A DNA stretch of 60,978 nucleotides, the filler included. It is 7 parts of 7 records of this genome, joined end to end, with 100 filler letters (N's around TTAATTAATTAA, not from the genome) between each part and the next. Parts side by side here need not be neighbours in the genome. Positions count along the whole stretch, not along the records: positions 27,342 to 33,574 come from SRR31156797_16506; positions 33,675 to 44,365 come from SRR31156797_16509; 5 more parts are not named here. One strand, written 5' to 3'. Position 1 is the first letter of the stretch, and each line of letters begins with the position of its first letter. The translations under genes were made by a program, and so were the position numbers. The notes beneath the pieces are model-generated. The model had not been told where the DNA came from and searched no databases. It saw nothing but the letters and a program-made list of their open reading frames with translations. Positions 30,444 to 40,300 of this stretch are shown one piece after another.

Positions 30444-31640
30444 ATGAAGATTACAATTATAGGCATAGCAGACTATATCCCAGAGTTTACCCGACATGAA
30501 CACATTATTATTCAGTCTGCCAAATATTTTGCGGGAGGAAAACGACACAAAGAATTGGTTGATCGTTTTTTGCCCTATGGTTATCAATGGAGCAATATAA
30601 CAGTACCACTTTCGAATCTATTCGGTGAAATGGAGAACTCAGATTCTGATTGGGTGGTTTTTGCTTCGGGCGATCCCTTGTTTTTCGGTATAGGAATTAC
30701 ACTTAAACGGGAGTTTCCTGGAGCCAAAATTATTACTGTTCCTACCTTTAATTCGTTGCAATTATTGGCACATCGATTCCAATTATCTTACGGCGAATTT
30801 CAAACGATATCGCTTACTGGTCGTTCATTTGCTTATTTTGATAAAGCTCTTATTCAGGGTGTTGCAAAGATGGGAGTACTTACTGATCGAAAAAATACAC
30901 CTTATACCATTGCCAAACGAATGCTTGATTATGGTTATTCCAACTACAAAATATATTATGGCGAATGTTTGGGGGGCCAAAATGAAAAGGTTTTAGAGTT
31001 AAGTTTAGATGAAGCTTTGGCCTTGAATTTTAAGCATCCAAACTGTTTTTACCTTTTAAAAACTAACGCTGAAATTCCCCGGAAGGGTATTCCTGAAACA
31101 GACTTTGAGTTGCTTCCGGATCGCCCAAAAATGATTACAAAAATGTCGGTAAGAATGACAACGCTGGCTTTAATGGAACTTCAGAATAAAAAAGAATTTT
31201 GGGATGTTGGCGCATGTACAGGAAGTGTTTCAATTGAAGCTAAGCTAAATCATCCACATTTAAATATTACAGCATTTGAAATTAGGCCAGAGTCGGAAAA
31301 GATCATTCATGAAAACCTGAAAATGTTTCAAACCCCCGGAGTTGAACTATATATTGGTGACTATCTGTTATTGGATAAAACCAGCCTTGTAAAACCAGAT
31401 GCTGTATTTTTAGGAGGTTATGGAGGAAAAATGGAAGAGGTTTTAAACGACATTGACTTATACCTTGAAAATAATGGAATTATTGCTTTTAATTCGGTAA
31501 GCCAAAATAGCCAGTATGGTTTTATTGAATGGTGCAAAAAAAACAACTATTTAATACAAAACAAAACGCTAATAAGTGTCGATAATTTTAATTCCATTAC
31601 CATAATAATTGCCACCAAAGATCTAAATGCAATAAACTGA
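30444..31640 (+). CDS. cbiE: Precorrin-6Y C5,15-methyltransferase (decarboxylating), CbiE-CbiT fusion
   Basis: ASGDPLFFGIG, MITK, WDVGACTGSVSIE and PDAVFLGG. Confidence 0.92.
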   Translation: MKITIIGIADYIPEFTRHEHIIIQSAKYFAGGKRHKELVDRFLPYGYQWSNITVPLSNLFGEMENSDSDWVVFASGDPLFFGIGITLKREFPGAKIITVPTFNSLQLLAHRFQLSYGEFQTISLTGRSFAYFDKALIQGVAKMGVLTDRKNTPYTIAKRMLDYGYSNYKIYYGECLGGQNEKVLELSLDEALALNFKHPNCFYLLKTNAEIPRKGIPETDFELLPDRPKMITKMSVRMTTLALMELQNKKEFWDVGACTGSVSIEAKLNHPHLNITAFEIRPESEKIIHENLKMFQTPGVELYIGDYLLLDKTSLVKPDAVFLGGYGGKMEEVLNDIDLYLENNGIIAFNSVSQNSQYGFIEWCKKNNYLIQNKTLISVDNFNSITIIIATKDLNAIN

Positions 31641-31647
31641 GAACCTT

Positions 31648-33420
31648 ATGACCAGGATAATAATTACACATTCAGATAAAGGACAAGAACTTGCTAAAGC
31701 GATTGTCGAAAGCGGTTTTGATTCAGAAATAGTTCGTTCTCCCAAAAATTATGAAATATTATGGAACACGCATGAAGCACTGATATTTATTGGAGCTTTG
31801 GGCATTTGTGTGCGCGAAATAGCTAAGTGTTTAAAAGATAAAAAGCACGATCCTGCTGTTATAAATATTGATGCCAACGGACAGTTTGTGCAACCTGTTG
31901 TTTCGGGGCATTTGGGTGGGGCAAATGCTTTGGCCGAAAAAATAGCCCGTATGCTTGGTGCTACCCCTGTTATTACTACCGTTAGCGATACTTCAGGGTT
32001 ATGGGCACTCGATGTCCTTCCGAAAAAATACAACTGGATTCTCGAATGTAAAAATAAGCTTACACAACTAATGGCTGCTTTTGTTAATGGTAAAAAAACA
32101 GCTCTTTTGTTGGAAGTCCGCGATAAAGGAACGCTTGCTCTGGAAACCAGTGTACCAGCCCATGTTGATGTATTTTATCAAGCGGATGAGATTAAAACAG
32201 AAACTTATGCTGTTGTTTTGGCCATTACACCTTTTATTTATGATTTGGGCAGCAAAGTCATTTATTACCGGCCAAAAGTTTTACAATTAGGGCTTGGCTG
32301 TCAGCGCAATTTGCCTTTTGCAGATTTTGAGAAAGTTCTGAAAGAGAAATTGTCAGAGAACAGAATTTCATTTTTAGCGATAGCCTCGGTTGGAACTGCT
32401 GTTTTAAAAAAAGATGAAGAAGCTTTTGTGGCATTATGCGCAAAATGGAAAGTGAAATTTGAGGTTCTGGATGAAAAAATACTCTCGAGACAAACGGTAC
32501 CTAATCCTTCAGAGAAGGTGGGAGAGGTAACCGGTAGTTATGGAGTGGCAGAAGCTGCTGCCATGCACCTTTCAGGGAATAATCTTTTAATAGAAAAAAC
32601 AAAGGCTAAAGCAGGCGATAAGCATTTTACCTATTCTGTTGCTGTTAATCGTGAAAACGAAAGAGCGGGTTTTGTCGAATTTTTGGGGGCTGGTCCAGGT
32701 GATCCGGAATTGGTTTCGGTTAGAGGAAAGAGATTGTTACAAACGGCCGACTTGATTTTATATGCAGGAAGCCTGGTGCCCAAAGAACTTACGCATTATG
32801 CCAAACCAGGGTGCGTGGTTAAAAGCTCGGCTGGTATGGATTTGCTAACGCAGATTGAAAGTATGCGTCACTTTTACGAACGTGGATTGTTCGTGGTGCG
32901 TTTGCATACCGGAGATCCGTGTATATATGGCGCTATTCAGGAACAAATGGCAGTAATGGATAAGCTGGGCTGGAATTACCATATAACACCTGGAATATCC
33001 TCATTTCAGGCAGCAGCTGCGGCTTTACAATCACAGTTTACCATTCCTGAAGAAGTTCAGACAATTATTCTTACCCGAGGAGAAGGACGTACGCCAGTGC
33101 CTGAACGAGAGCAGTTAAACAAACTGGCAAAATCTCAAAGTACAATGTGTATCTACCTGAGTGCCTCTATTGCTGAGAAAGTTGAGCGCGAACTGTTGCA
33201 GCATTATTCGCCTGATACTCCGGTAGCAGTTTGTTATAAACTTACCTGGAAAGATGAAAAAATCTATCGTTGCACTTTAAATACTTTAACAAAAACAGTT
33301 AACGAAAATAAGCTAAGCATGACTACCTTAATTGTGGTAGGTAAAGCAATTGATAATCGCTCCGGTTTTTCAAAATTGTACGACAAGAAGTTTACACACG
33401 CTTTCAGGGAAGGAAAGTAA
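31648..33420 (+). CDS. cbiF: Fusion of cobalt-precorrin-5A hydrolase (CbiG) and precorrin-4 C11-methyltransferase (CbiF/CobM)
   Basis: N-part: DKKHDPAV, SGHLGGAN, GLGCQR, GVAEAAA. C-part: GAGPGDPEL, YAGSLV, RLHTGDPCIYGAIQEQ, SKLYD. Confidence 0.92.
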   Translation: MTRIIITHSDKGQELAKAIVESGFDSEIVRSPKNYEILWNTHEALIFIGALGICVREIAKCLKDKKHDPAVINIDANGQFVQPVVSGHLGGANALAEKIARMLGATPVITTVSDTSGLWALDVLPKKYNWILECKNKLTQLMAAFVNGKKTALLLEVRDKGTLALETSVPAHVDVFYQADEIKTETYAVVLAITPFIYDLGSKVIYYRPKVLQLGLGCQRNLPFADFEKVLKEKLSENRISFLAIASVGTAVLKKDEEAFVALCAKWKVKFEVLDEKILSRQTVPNPSEKVGEVTGSYGVAEAAAMHLSGNNLLIEKTKAKAGDKHFTYSVAVNRENERAGFVEFLGAGPGDPELVSVRGKRLLQTADLILYAGSLVPKELTHYAKPGCVVKSSAGMDLLTQIESMRHFYERGLFVVRLHTGDPCIYGAIQEQMAVMDKLGWNYHITPGISSFQAAAAALQSQFTIPEEVQTIILTRGEGRTPVPEREQLNKLAKSQSTMCIYLSASIAEKVERELLQHYSPDTPVAVCYKLTWKDEKIYRCTLNTLTKTVNENKLSMTTLIVVGKAIDNRSGFSKLYDKKFTHAFREGK

Positions 33421-33431
33421 AACAATAGGTT

Positions 33432-33574
33432 ATGGTATTGGTTTTTGGAGGAACGACAGAGGGGAAAAAGGTTGCTGAATTGTTTGATATAATCGGGCAG
33501 GACTATTTTTATTCGACAAAAACAAATGCACACAAATCGGTAAAAGGTAAACGAATTTTTGGTGCAATGGATAT
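33432..33574 (+). CDS. cbiJ: Precorrin-6A reductase (CbiJ/CobK) N-terminus, 3'-truncated
   Basis: MVLVFGGTTEG motif in the cob operon. Confidence 0.8.
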
Positions 33575-33674
33575 NNNNNNNNNNNNNNNNNNNNNNNNNN
33601 NNNNNNNNNNNNNNNNNNTTAATTAATTAANNNNNNNNNNNNNNNNNNNNNNNNNNNNNNNNNNNNNNNNNNNN
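33575..33674. other. Artificial contig-joining spacer
   Basis: N-run with TTAATTAATTAA. Confidence 0.99.
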
Positions 33675-34691
33675 CCCCACGGCCAGGGACCGCCATCCCG
33701 CATTTCCCTGGTCATATTTGGTGCCTGCCGGGGAGAACACCCGGGATTCCATGTTTCTGTTGTTATCGATCTCGATGCCTTTTTGGGCGGCATGATGATA
33801 CGCCCGGACCAGGTTTGAAAAGATCACGTCAGGATCGGCAAAGAGTTCAGGCGTCGCGCTCCCTGTCACCATGAGCCAGATGAAATGAACCGCGGCCATG
33901 TCATATCGTTCCGCCAGATCGATCATCTCGATCATCTGATGGATGTTTCCATGGTGAACCACCATGGCAATGGTATTTCGGGTGCCAAGCCCTTTCAACG
34001 CCCCAAGGCCTTTTACTAGTTTTGAAAAGCCGCCCCGGCCCCGGATGTTATCGTGGACCTCTCCGACACCGTCGGCGCTCACCTGGAAAAGAAGGCGCTC
34101 CCTGGGAAGCGTCCTCAAAAGATCCATATACTTTGGGAAAAGGATGCCGTTGGTCATAACCACAAGGAAGGTGTCCGTATACGCTTCCAGGATATGGTTG
34201 AGTATGTTCTCTATGGACCTGTGGGCAAAGGGCTCCCCGCCGGTGAGATAAAAGATCCTCGCCCCAAGGGCATGGGTTTCATCAACGCATTTTCGGATAT
34301 CCCCAAAGGAAAGGGCCGTCTTCTCTTTGGGAGAACATGAGAAAAGACAATGGGTGCACCTCAGATTGCAGTTATCCGTAACATGGAGCCAGCACTCGTC
34401 AAGGTGGGACAGCTTTAGATGCGCGGACCGTCCCCTGTACGTGGCATCCGAAGTCTCCGGGAAATGACTCAGAAATTTACTTTTACTTATTTCCCACAGG
34501 ATACCATCCCCCCCGGTTCCAGCGTCCAAGGAAGGCATCCCGGCCAGGCTTTTTAAAAGCGTGTCCCCGGCCCTGTTCACCGCGATCCAGTTCGGGGTGT
34601 CGGGATCCATGTAAATGGGTGTGTTCTCATACTCGAAACGGATATAACGATCTATCCTGGATTGCGCATTGCTCTTTTCCGGATCTTTCAA
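33675..34691 (-). CDS. Radical SAM protein, 3'-truncated
   Basis: CNLRCTHC (CxxxCxxC), LTGGEPF and TNG; likely TTG start at 34691 behind GGGAGG; runs into the spacer. Confidence 0.88.
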
Positions 34692-34910
34692 TTTGACCTC
34701 CCATCCATGGAATTGGCTAAGGTAATCATGGTAACGCCGAAGGGCATTGCCGTCGGGAAGAGTCTCCTGATGATACAACCTTTGAACATATTTTCAAATT
34801 GTTTTCCCACAAGATTCCCTTGACGGTCCGGAGCGGGGGAAGGGATCCCCTTTCAGATAAGACTCCCTGCCTTGAAACAAGTGCTGCGATGTCACGGGGC
34901 GACTTTTTTC

Positions 34911-34958
34911 TTGACATGGGATTACAAGCGTAATAGTTAAAAGATTACAAACGTAATC
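34911..34958 (+). promoter_or_regulatory. blaI-like promoter with two BlaI/MecI/CopY-type operator palindromes
   Basis: TTGACA (34911-34916), then ATTACAAGCGTAAT (34921-34934) and GATTACAAACGTAATC (34943-34958), close to the TACA-N2-TGTA family consensus. Confidence 0.8.
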
Positions 34959-34982
34959 AATCTATAACCGAAATCGAGAGCC

Positions 34983-35372
34983 ATGGAAAAATATCCGAAA
35001 ATTTCAGAGGCCGAGTGGCAGGTGATGAAACAGTTGTGGACGGACCACCCTGCCTGCGCCAACGACATTGTACAGAAACTGGAGGCATCCGTATCTTGGA
35101 AACCCAAAACAATAAAAACGCTGATTAACAGACTGGTTCAAAAAAAAGCCGTGGGTTTTGAGAAACAGGGCAGGCGCCATCTCTATTTTCCCCTGGTGGC
35201 AGAGGAAGAGATCGTCCGGGAAGAGAGCCGCAGTTTTCTCAACCGGTTCTTTGGGGGCACCATGACGCCCATGCTGGCGAGCCTGATCGAAAACAGGGAC
35301 CTGTCCGAACATGAGATCAAGGATTTGAAAGCGATTTTAGACAAAGCGGACGAAAAAGCCAAACAAAAATAA
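34983..35372 (+). CDS. blaI: BlaI/MecI/CopY family transcriptional repressor
   Basis: ISEAEWQVMKQLW, WKPKTIKTLINRLVQK and FLNRFFGG. Confidence 0.93.
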   Translation: MEKYPKISEAEWQVMKQLWTDHPACANDIVQKLEASVSWKPKTIKTLINRLVQKKAVGFEKQGRRHLYFPLVAEEEIVREESRSFLNRFFGGTMTPMLASLIENRDLSEHEIKDLKAILDKADEKAKQK

Positions 35373-35386
35373 CCCCAAAGGGGGCC

Positions 35387-36760
35387 GTGCAAGGAGACAT
35401 GGATATCATGAACTGGAATCTGTCCGGGATATTTTTACACACCATGGATGTGTCGCTCCAGGCAAGCGTGATGATCCTGGTGATCATGATCATCAAGCAG
35501 GTGCTGGGAAACCGCCTGTCACCCGGATGGCATTACGGGTTATGGTTTCTGCTCATCCTGCGGCTCCTCCTGCCCTGGTCCCCGGAGAGCACCGTCAGCA
35601 TCTACAACCTTTTTCCCGCCCCGGCCCAACTGGGCTTTAACAGCGATCTGCCCGTTTTTTCGGCACAGGCGACAGGCGCTTCTTCTCCGGGCCCGTTTCA
35701 CACCGCCCCTGCCGTTTCCGCCTGGGCCCCTGTTATAAAGGTGCTTCCGTTCATCTGGATCGTTGTCGCCCTTGGCATGCTGGCCGCTATTTTCATCCGC
35801 TCCCTCACCTTTCTCAGGTCCGTGAGGAACAACAGCCAGGTAACCCGGGAATCGACATTGAACCTGCTGGAAGCGTGCAAAAGGGAGCTTGGGATTAAAA
35901 CCGTGCTGGTGATCCTGGAAACGGATCTTGTGCGAAGCCCGGCCCTGTTCGGCTATATCCGCCCGCGGATTCTGCTGCCCCGGGGCATGATCGACCGCAT
36001 GGATGAAACCACCCTGCGCCATGTCTTCCTCCATGAACTCAGGCACCTGAAACATCACGATATCCTCACCGGCCTGGTCGCAACCGGCCTGGTTGCCCTG
36101 CACTGGTTCAACCCCCTTGTATGGATCTCATTTTGCACCATGAAGCGGGACAGGGAGTTTGCCTGCGACGCCATGACCCTGTCCCACCTGACCGAGCCCG
36201 AGCACCGGGAGTACGGCCTGGTGCTCTTGGATCTTAGTTGCTGCAACAACGGCAAAAACGAAAAAGCCCCCTTCAGGGGCCTCACCGGAATCATGGAGCA
36301 TAAATCGGAAATTAAAAGGAGGATCGAAATGATCGCAACATTCAAAAAAAGATCGCCCTGGTACACCCTGGCTGTCACAGCCGCTTATCTCCTGTTGGGA
36401 GCGGCGGTCCTGACAAGCGCCCAGGTCTCCGCCCCTCAATCCCCCCAGGACCTGACCCGGCTTTCAAAGACAGTGGTGGATCACCTGGTCAGGGGAGCGT
36501 ATGGCAAAGTAACCACCCACTATGATGCAACCATGGCCCAGGCCCTGCCCCCGGAAAAACTGAAAGCCGTCTGGGAAGGCCTGATCACCAATACCGGCGA
36601 TTTTAAGGCCATCAAGGGCACCCGGTCCGCTCCATATGGTGAATATGATATCATCTTCGTCACCTGCGAATTCACCAACGGTCCCCTGGATATCAAATTC
36701 GTGTTCAACAACGCATCCCAGATCAGCGGCCTGTGGTTTGTGCCGACGCAACCGGAATAA
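35387..36760 (+). CDS. BlaR1-like M56 metallopeptidase with C-terminal DUF3887-like domain
   Basis: TM helices, SPALFG, HELRH zinc motif, HWFNPLVW and REFACD; C-terminal domain of about 95 aa ending ISGLWFVP. True start may be 35399 or 35408. Confidence 0.88.
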   Translation: MQGDMDIMNWNLSGIFLHTMDVSLQASVMILVIMIIKQVLGNRLSPGWHYGLWFLLILRLLLPWSPESTVSIYNLFPAPAQLGFNSDLPVFSAQATGASSPGPFHTAPAVSAWAPVIKVLPFIWIVVALGMLAAIFIRSLTFLRSVRNNSQVTRESTLNLLEACKRELGIKTVLVILETDLVRSPALFGYIRPRILLPRGMIDRMDETTLRHVFLHELRHLKHHDILTGLVATGLVALHWFNPLVWISFCTMKRDREFACDAMTLSHLTEPEHREYGLVLLDLSCCNNGKNEKAPFRGLTGIMEHKSEIKRRIEMIATFKKRSPWYTLAVTAAYLLLGAAVLTSAQVSAPQSPQDLTRLSKTVVDHLVRGAYGKVTTHYDATMAQALPPEKLKAVWEGLITNTGDFKAIKGTRSAPYGEYDIIFVTCEFTNGPLDIKFVFNNASQISGLWFVPTQPE

Positions 36761-36772
36761 GGGAGGGGGCCT

Positions 36773-37360
36773 GTGCTGACGGATTACAGGTATATCTTTG
36801 TCCTGGACCTCATGGCCATCGCCCTGGTCCTGACCGGTATGATCGCGGGCGCAAGCGCCCTGGTGTGGACCGGCATCGTCCTGGCATGCCTGGCATCGGT
36901 TCTTCATGTTGCCCTGCCGTTGCTGGCAAAGGGAAAATCGGGGAAACGTCCCCGGGTCCCCGCCAGCCATCCGGAAGCGGGGACATCCCTCTACAGGGAT
37001 CACCTGGTCCAAATTTTTGAACACAAACTCGTGCTCTTCAATTATTATTTCCCCACCTACCGGCCAAAAGAGCTCTATTTCTCCGATATTGAAACCATGG
37101 AAAAATGCAAACCCACCCTGTGGAACGGCAAATACCGTTTCCATGGCACAGGGGATTTCAAGACCTGGTTCCCAAGCGACCCGGGCCGTTCAAAACGGAA
37201 GTTCATTTACCGGATCGCCCTGAAATCCCAATACACGGATATCGGCTTCACGGTGGCCGATTCAAGCAGGGTGGACGCCATTTTCACGGCCAAGGGCCTG
37301 CTCACACCCACCCCGGACGAACGTAAAAATGAATCATCCGGGGCTGGCCGTGGGATTTAG
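36773..37360 (+). CDS. Hypothetical membrane protein (two N-terminal TM helices plus soluble domain)
   Basis: GTG start with GGAGG; third gene of the blaI-blaR1-like operon. Confidence 0.7.
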   Translation: MLTDYRYIFVLDLMAIALVLTGMIAGASALVWTGIVLACLASVLHVALPLLAKGKSGKRPRVPASHPEAGTSLYRDHLVQIFEHKLVLFNYYFPTYRPKELYFSDIETMEKCKPTLWNGKYRFHGTGDFKTWFPSDPGRSKRKFIYRIALKSQYTDIGFTVADSSRVDAIFTAKGLLTPTPDERKNESSGAGRGI

Positions 37361-40300
37361 TCCCGGTCTTCCACGTTCTGCTCGATGATCTCCAGGCGAT
37401 TGTAGGGCTTCCCCCCCACCTGGAGATGCTTGCCGCTCTGGCGGATGGCCACCCGGTGCTGGAACAGCCCCAAAGATTCCCGGTCATTGATCCCGGTGAA
37501 ATAGACGCACTGGATGCCCATGGCCCGGGCCACCTTGAGCTGGGCGTCCAGGAAGTCGGATCGGTTGCACACGCCCAGGGGGTTGTCGGCAATAAGGAAG
37601 GCCGGGATGCGGTCCTCCTTCTTGTTCCGGCGCTTCTGGCGCATGGAGGTAAGCAGGGAGTAGAGGAGCACCGCCGTGGTGAGGGCCTCGCCCCCGGACC
37701 CCAGGTCCTTGCCCACCGGCTCGTAGTTGCGGCCGGTATCGTCGCACTTGAGCAGGCGGATGCCGAACTCCTGCTTGGCCGAGGAGGTCTTGAGCAGCCG
37801 ATAGAGCAACTCGGTTCCCAGGGTGTCCCCGGCCTTGGCGTTCACCTCGGGCATGCGGTTCTCCTGGATCAGCTCGTCCAGCCAGTTATCGATGGACTTC
37901 CGGTAGATCACCCCGTGCCGGGTGAAATCCAGGCGGGTGCCGGCCTTGAGTATGGCATGGCCCCCGTACACGAACACGTTCCCGGGCATGAGCTGTTTTG
38001 AGGCGGTCTGGAGCTTCTGGTAGGCCTCCCTCACATGCTGGAGCAGCTGGTCCACCAGGCTTTCCACGAACTGGGCGGACCGGGAAAGGTCGCTTTCGAT
38101 GTTGGCGGCGATATGGCTGCACTTCTCCATGAGTTCCCCGCTCTGGGCCCCCAGGGTTTCAGCGTCATGGCGGGAGAGTTCATCCACAATGGCCGGCAGC
38201 TGCTGCTTCAGGTTTTCGTCCCTGAGTTCCCCCTGGAGCCGGTCAAAGGCCCGGCCCATGTTCTTGCGGCTGGCCTCCATCTGGCTTTCCATCTTATCCC
38301 GGGCTTTCAGGATCTCCTGGATCTTTTTCCGGAAGATCACGGCGCCCTGGGCCGGGTTTTCCACCCGGACCAGCTCCGGCCACTCTCCCCGGGGGGAGAG
38401 GCTGTCCCAGCAGGGGGAATGGCCGCTCACCGTGGCCAGGGCCAGCTTGATTTCGTTTTTCCAGCGACGGTGCCCCTCCAGGACAGTATTCTGGCGGGCA
38501 CCGTCCCGGCGCAGCTCCTTGAGCTTCTCCTCCTCGGTTTCCGACACCTTCATATAGTGAAGGATCAGGCCGTCCGGATCGGTCTTTTCAAGCTCGGCCG
38601 GATCAATATTGGTATGGATTCCCTTGCTGGACAACCGTTTCAGTTCTTTTCCGCAACGGCCCCGGTCCCGTTCCCGGCCTTCCAGCTGTCCCTGGTGCTT
38701 GGCCCGCTGCTCCTTGAGGGCCACCAGCAGGGCGGAGATGTCCGAGGTGCGTTCATCACGGTCCCGGCTGCTCTTCTTGGCCCATTTTTCAGCGATGGCC
38801 CCGTCATATTTATTGGCCTCGGCATACCGTTCCAGGGCGTTGGCGGTCTTCTGAAGTTTCTCCCGCACCCGTTCCAGGTCCTTTCTCAGCCCGTCGATAC
38901 CAAGATCGCTGGCAATCCGGATGGCGTCGCTCTGGGCCTCCTCATGCTGCTTGCGCAGGGAGGAAAGATCCATGGACAAGGCCTCCTGCTGTTGCTCCTC
39001 CGTGAGGGTGAACCCTTCCGTGGCGGGAATGTCGTCGGCCCGGTCTTCCAGGTTTTTCAGCTCCGCCTTTTTTTCCGCTACAGCGCCCTGGAGCCCGGCC
39101 AGGGTCTCCCGGATCTTTTTCTCTTCATCCTGGCTCCGGGTGATCCCGTGATTTATCTCCACCCGCTTGCGATCCCCCTGTTCCAGGGCGGTTTCCCAAG
39201 CCTCGATCTCCCCGTACTGGGAGAGCCAGTTTCCCACCTGCTTGAGCACCTGCTCCAGCCGGGCCATGGTGCCGGTCTCGACCTGGAACCGGTGCTCCAG
39301 TTCCTTTTTCCGGGCCTCCTGTGTTTCCCGGGCCGCTTCCACCTCCTTGATATCGGACCGAATGCGGCCAAGGCTCTCCTCGGCGGTTTCCACCTCCCTG
39401 GCCAGGCGCTCCACCGCGGCGGCATCGGGATATCGTTTTCGATAGTCCCGGAGCAACCGTGCCGAGGCTTCCAGGGAGCGCAGCCGCGCAATCCGTTCAG
39501 ACACCTCTTCCTTGAGTTCCTGCACGCGTTTGCCCAGGGTTTCCTTCCGCTCTTCCAGGTAAGTCTTGCTGTACACCATGGGGTCTGCCGGGGCGATCAC
39601 CTTGAAACCAATGCCCTGGGACCGATCCTGGCCCAGGGGGGTGGAAATCACCACGGGCTTGTGGAGCCAGTCCGGGACAGGGATCGCTTCAACCGTTTCG
39701 ATCACCTGGTCCGTGGCCGCCATGATGCCGGTGAACCGTCCCGGATCCCCCTCCAGCACCCCGGCGATCTCTTCGGGACGCTCGTACCGGCCGGCCAGGT
39801 AGTCCGGGAAGGGTTTTAAATCGGCAGGGGCGATGCCCTGGTCAATGTAATGATCGATAAGACGGGCCACCTGAAGATCCACCGCCAGGGTGTCCATGCT
39901 TTCCAGGCGTTTCAGCTCGTTTTCCGTTTCCAGAAGCTTCAGCTGAAGTTCTTCGCTCCGGGTGCGGGTCCGGGCCATGGATTGTTCCAGGCGGGTAGCA
40001 AGCTCCGCCCGGGTGGGCTCAAATACAGCGGTTCCCGCAATGGTTTTCAGGTTGGCATCGGACAGCAGGGCGGCCCGTTCCGCCTTTTCCTCCTCCCCCC
40101 GGGCCCTGGCCCGTTTCATTGCTTCCTCCCCCTGGATCCGGGACCGGTGCAATTCCTGCCACCGGGCCTGGGTCTGCTTCTGCCCCTCCGCAAGCTCTGC
40201 AAGCCGGGAGGTTATCCGGGAGAGGGATTCCTTGCAGGCAGCGGCGTCCCGTTCAAGCCGGGCCTTGGCGTCCCCGGGTTCCTCCCCGGCGGCAAGCCCC

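Noticed and set aside
34983-36760. Beta-lactam resistance locus
   Set aside because: No beta-lactamase or PBP gene, and no penicillin-binding sensor domain.
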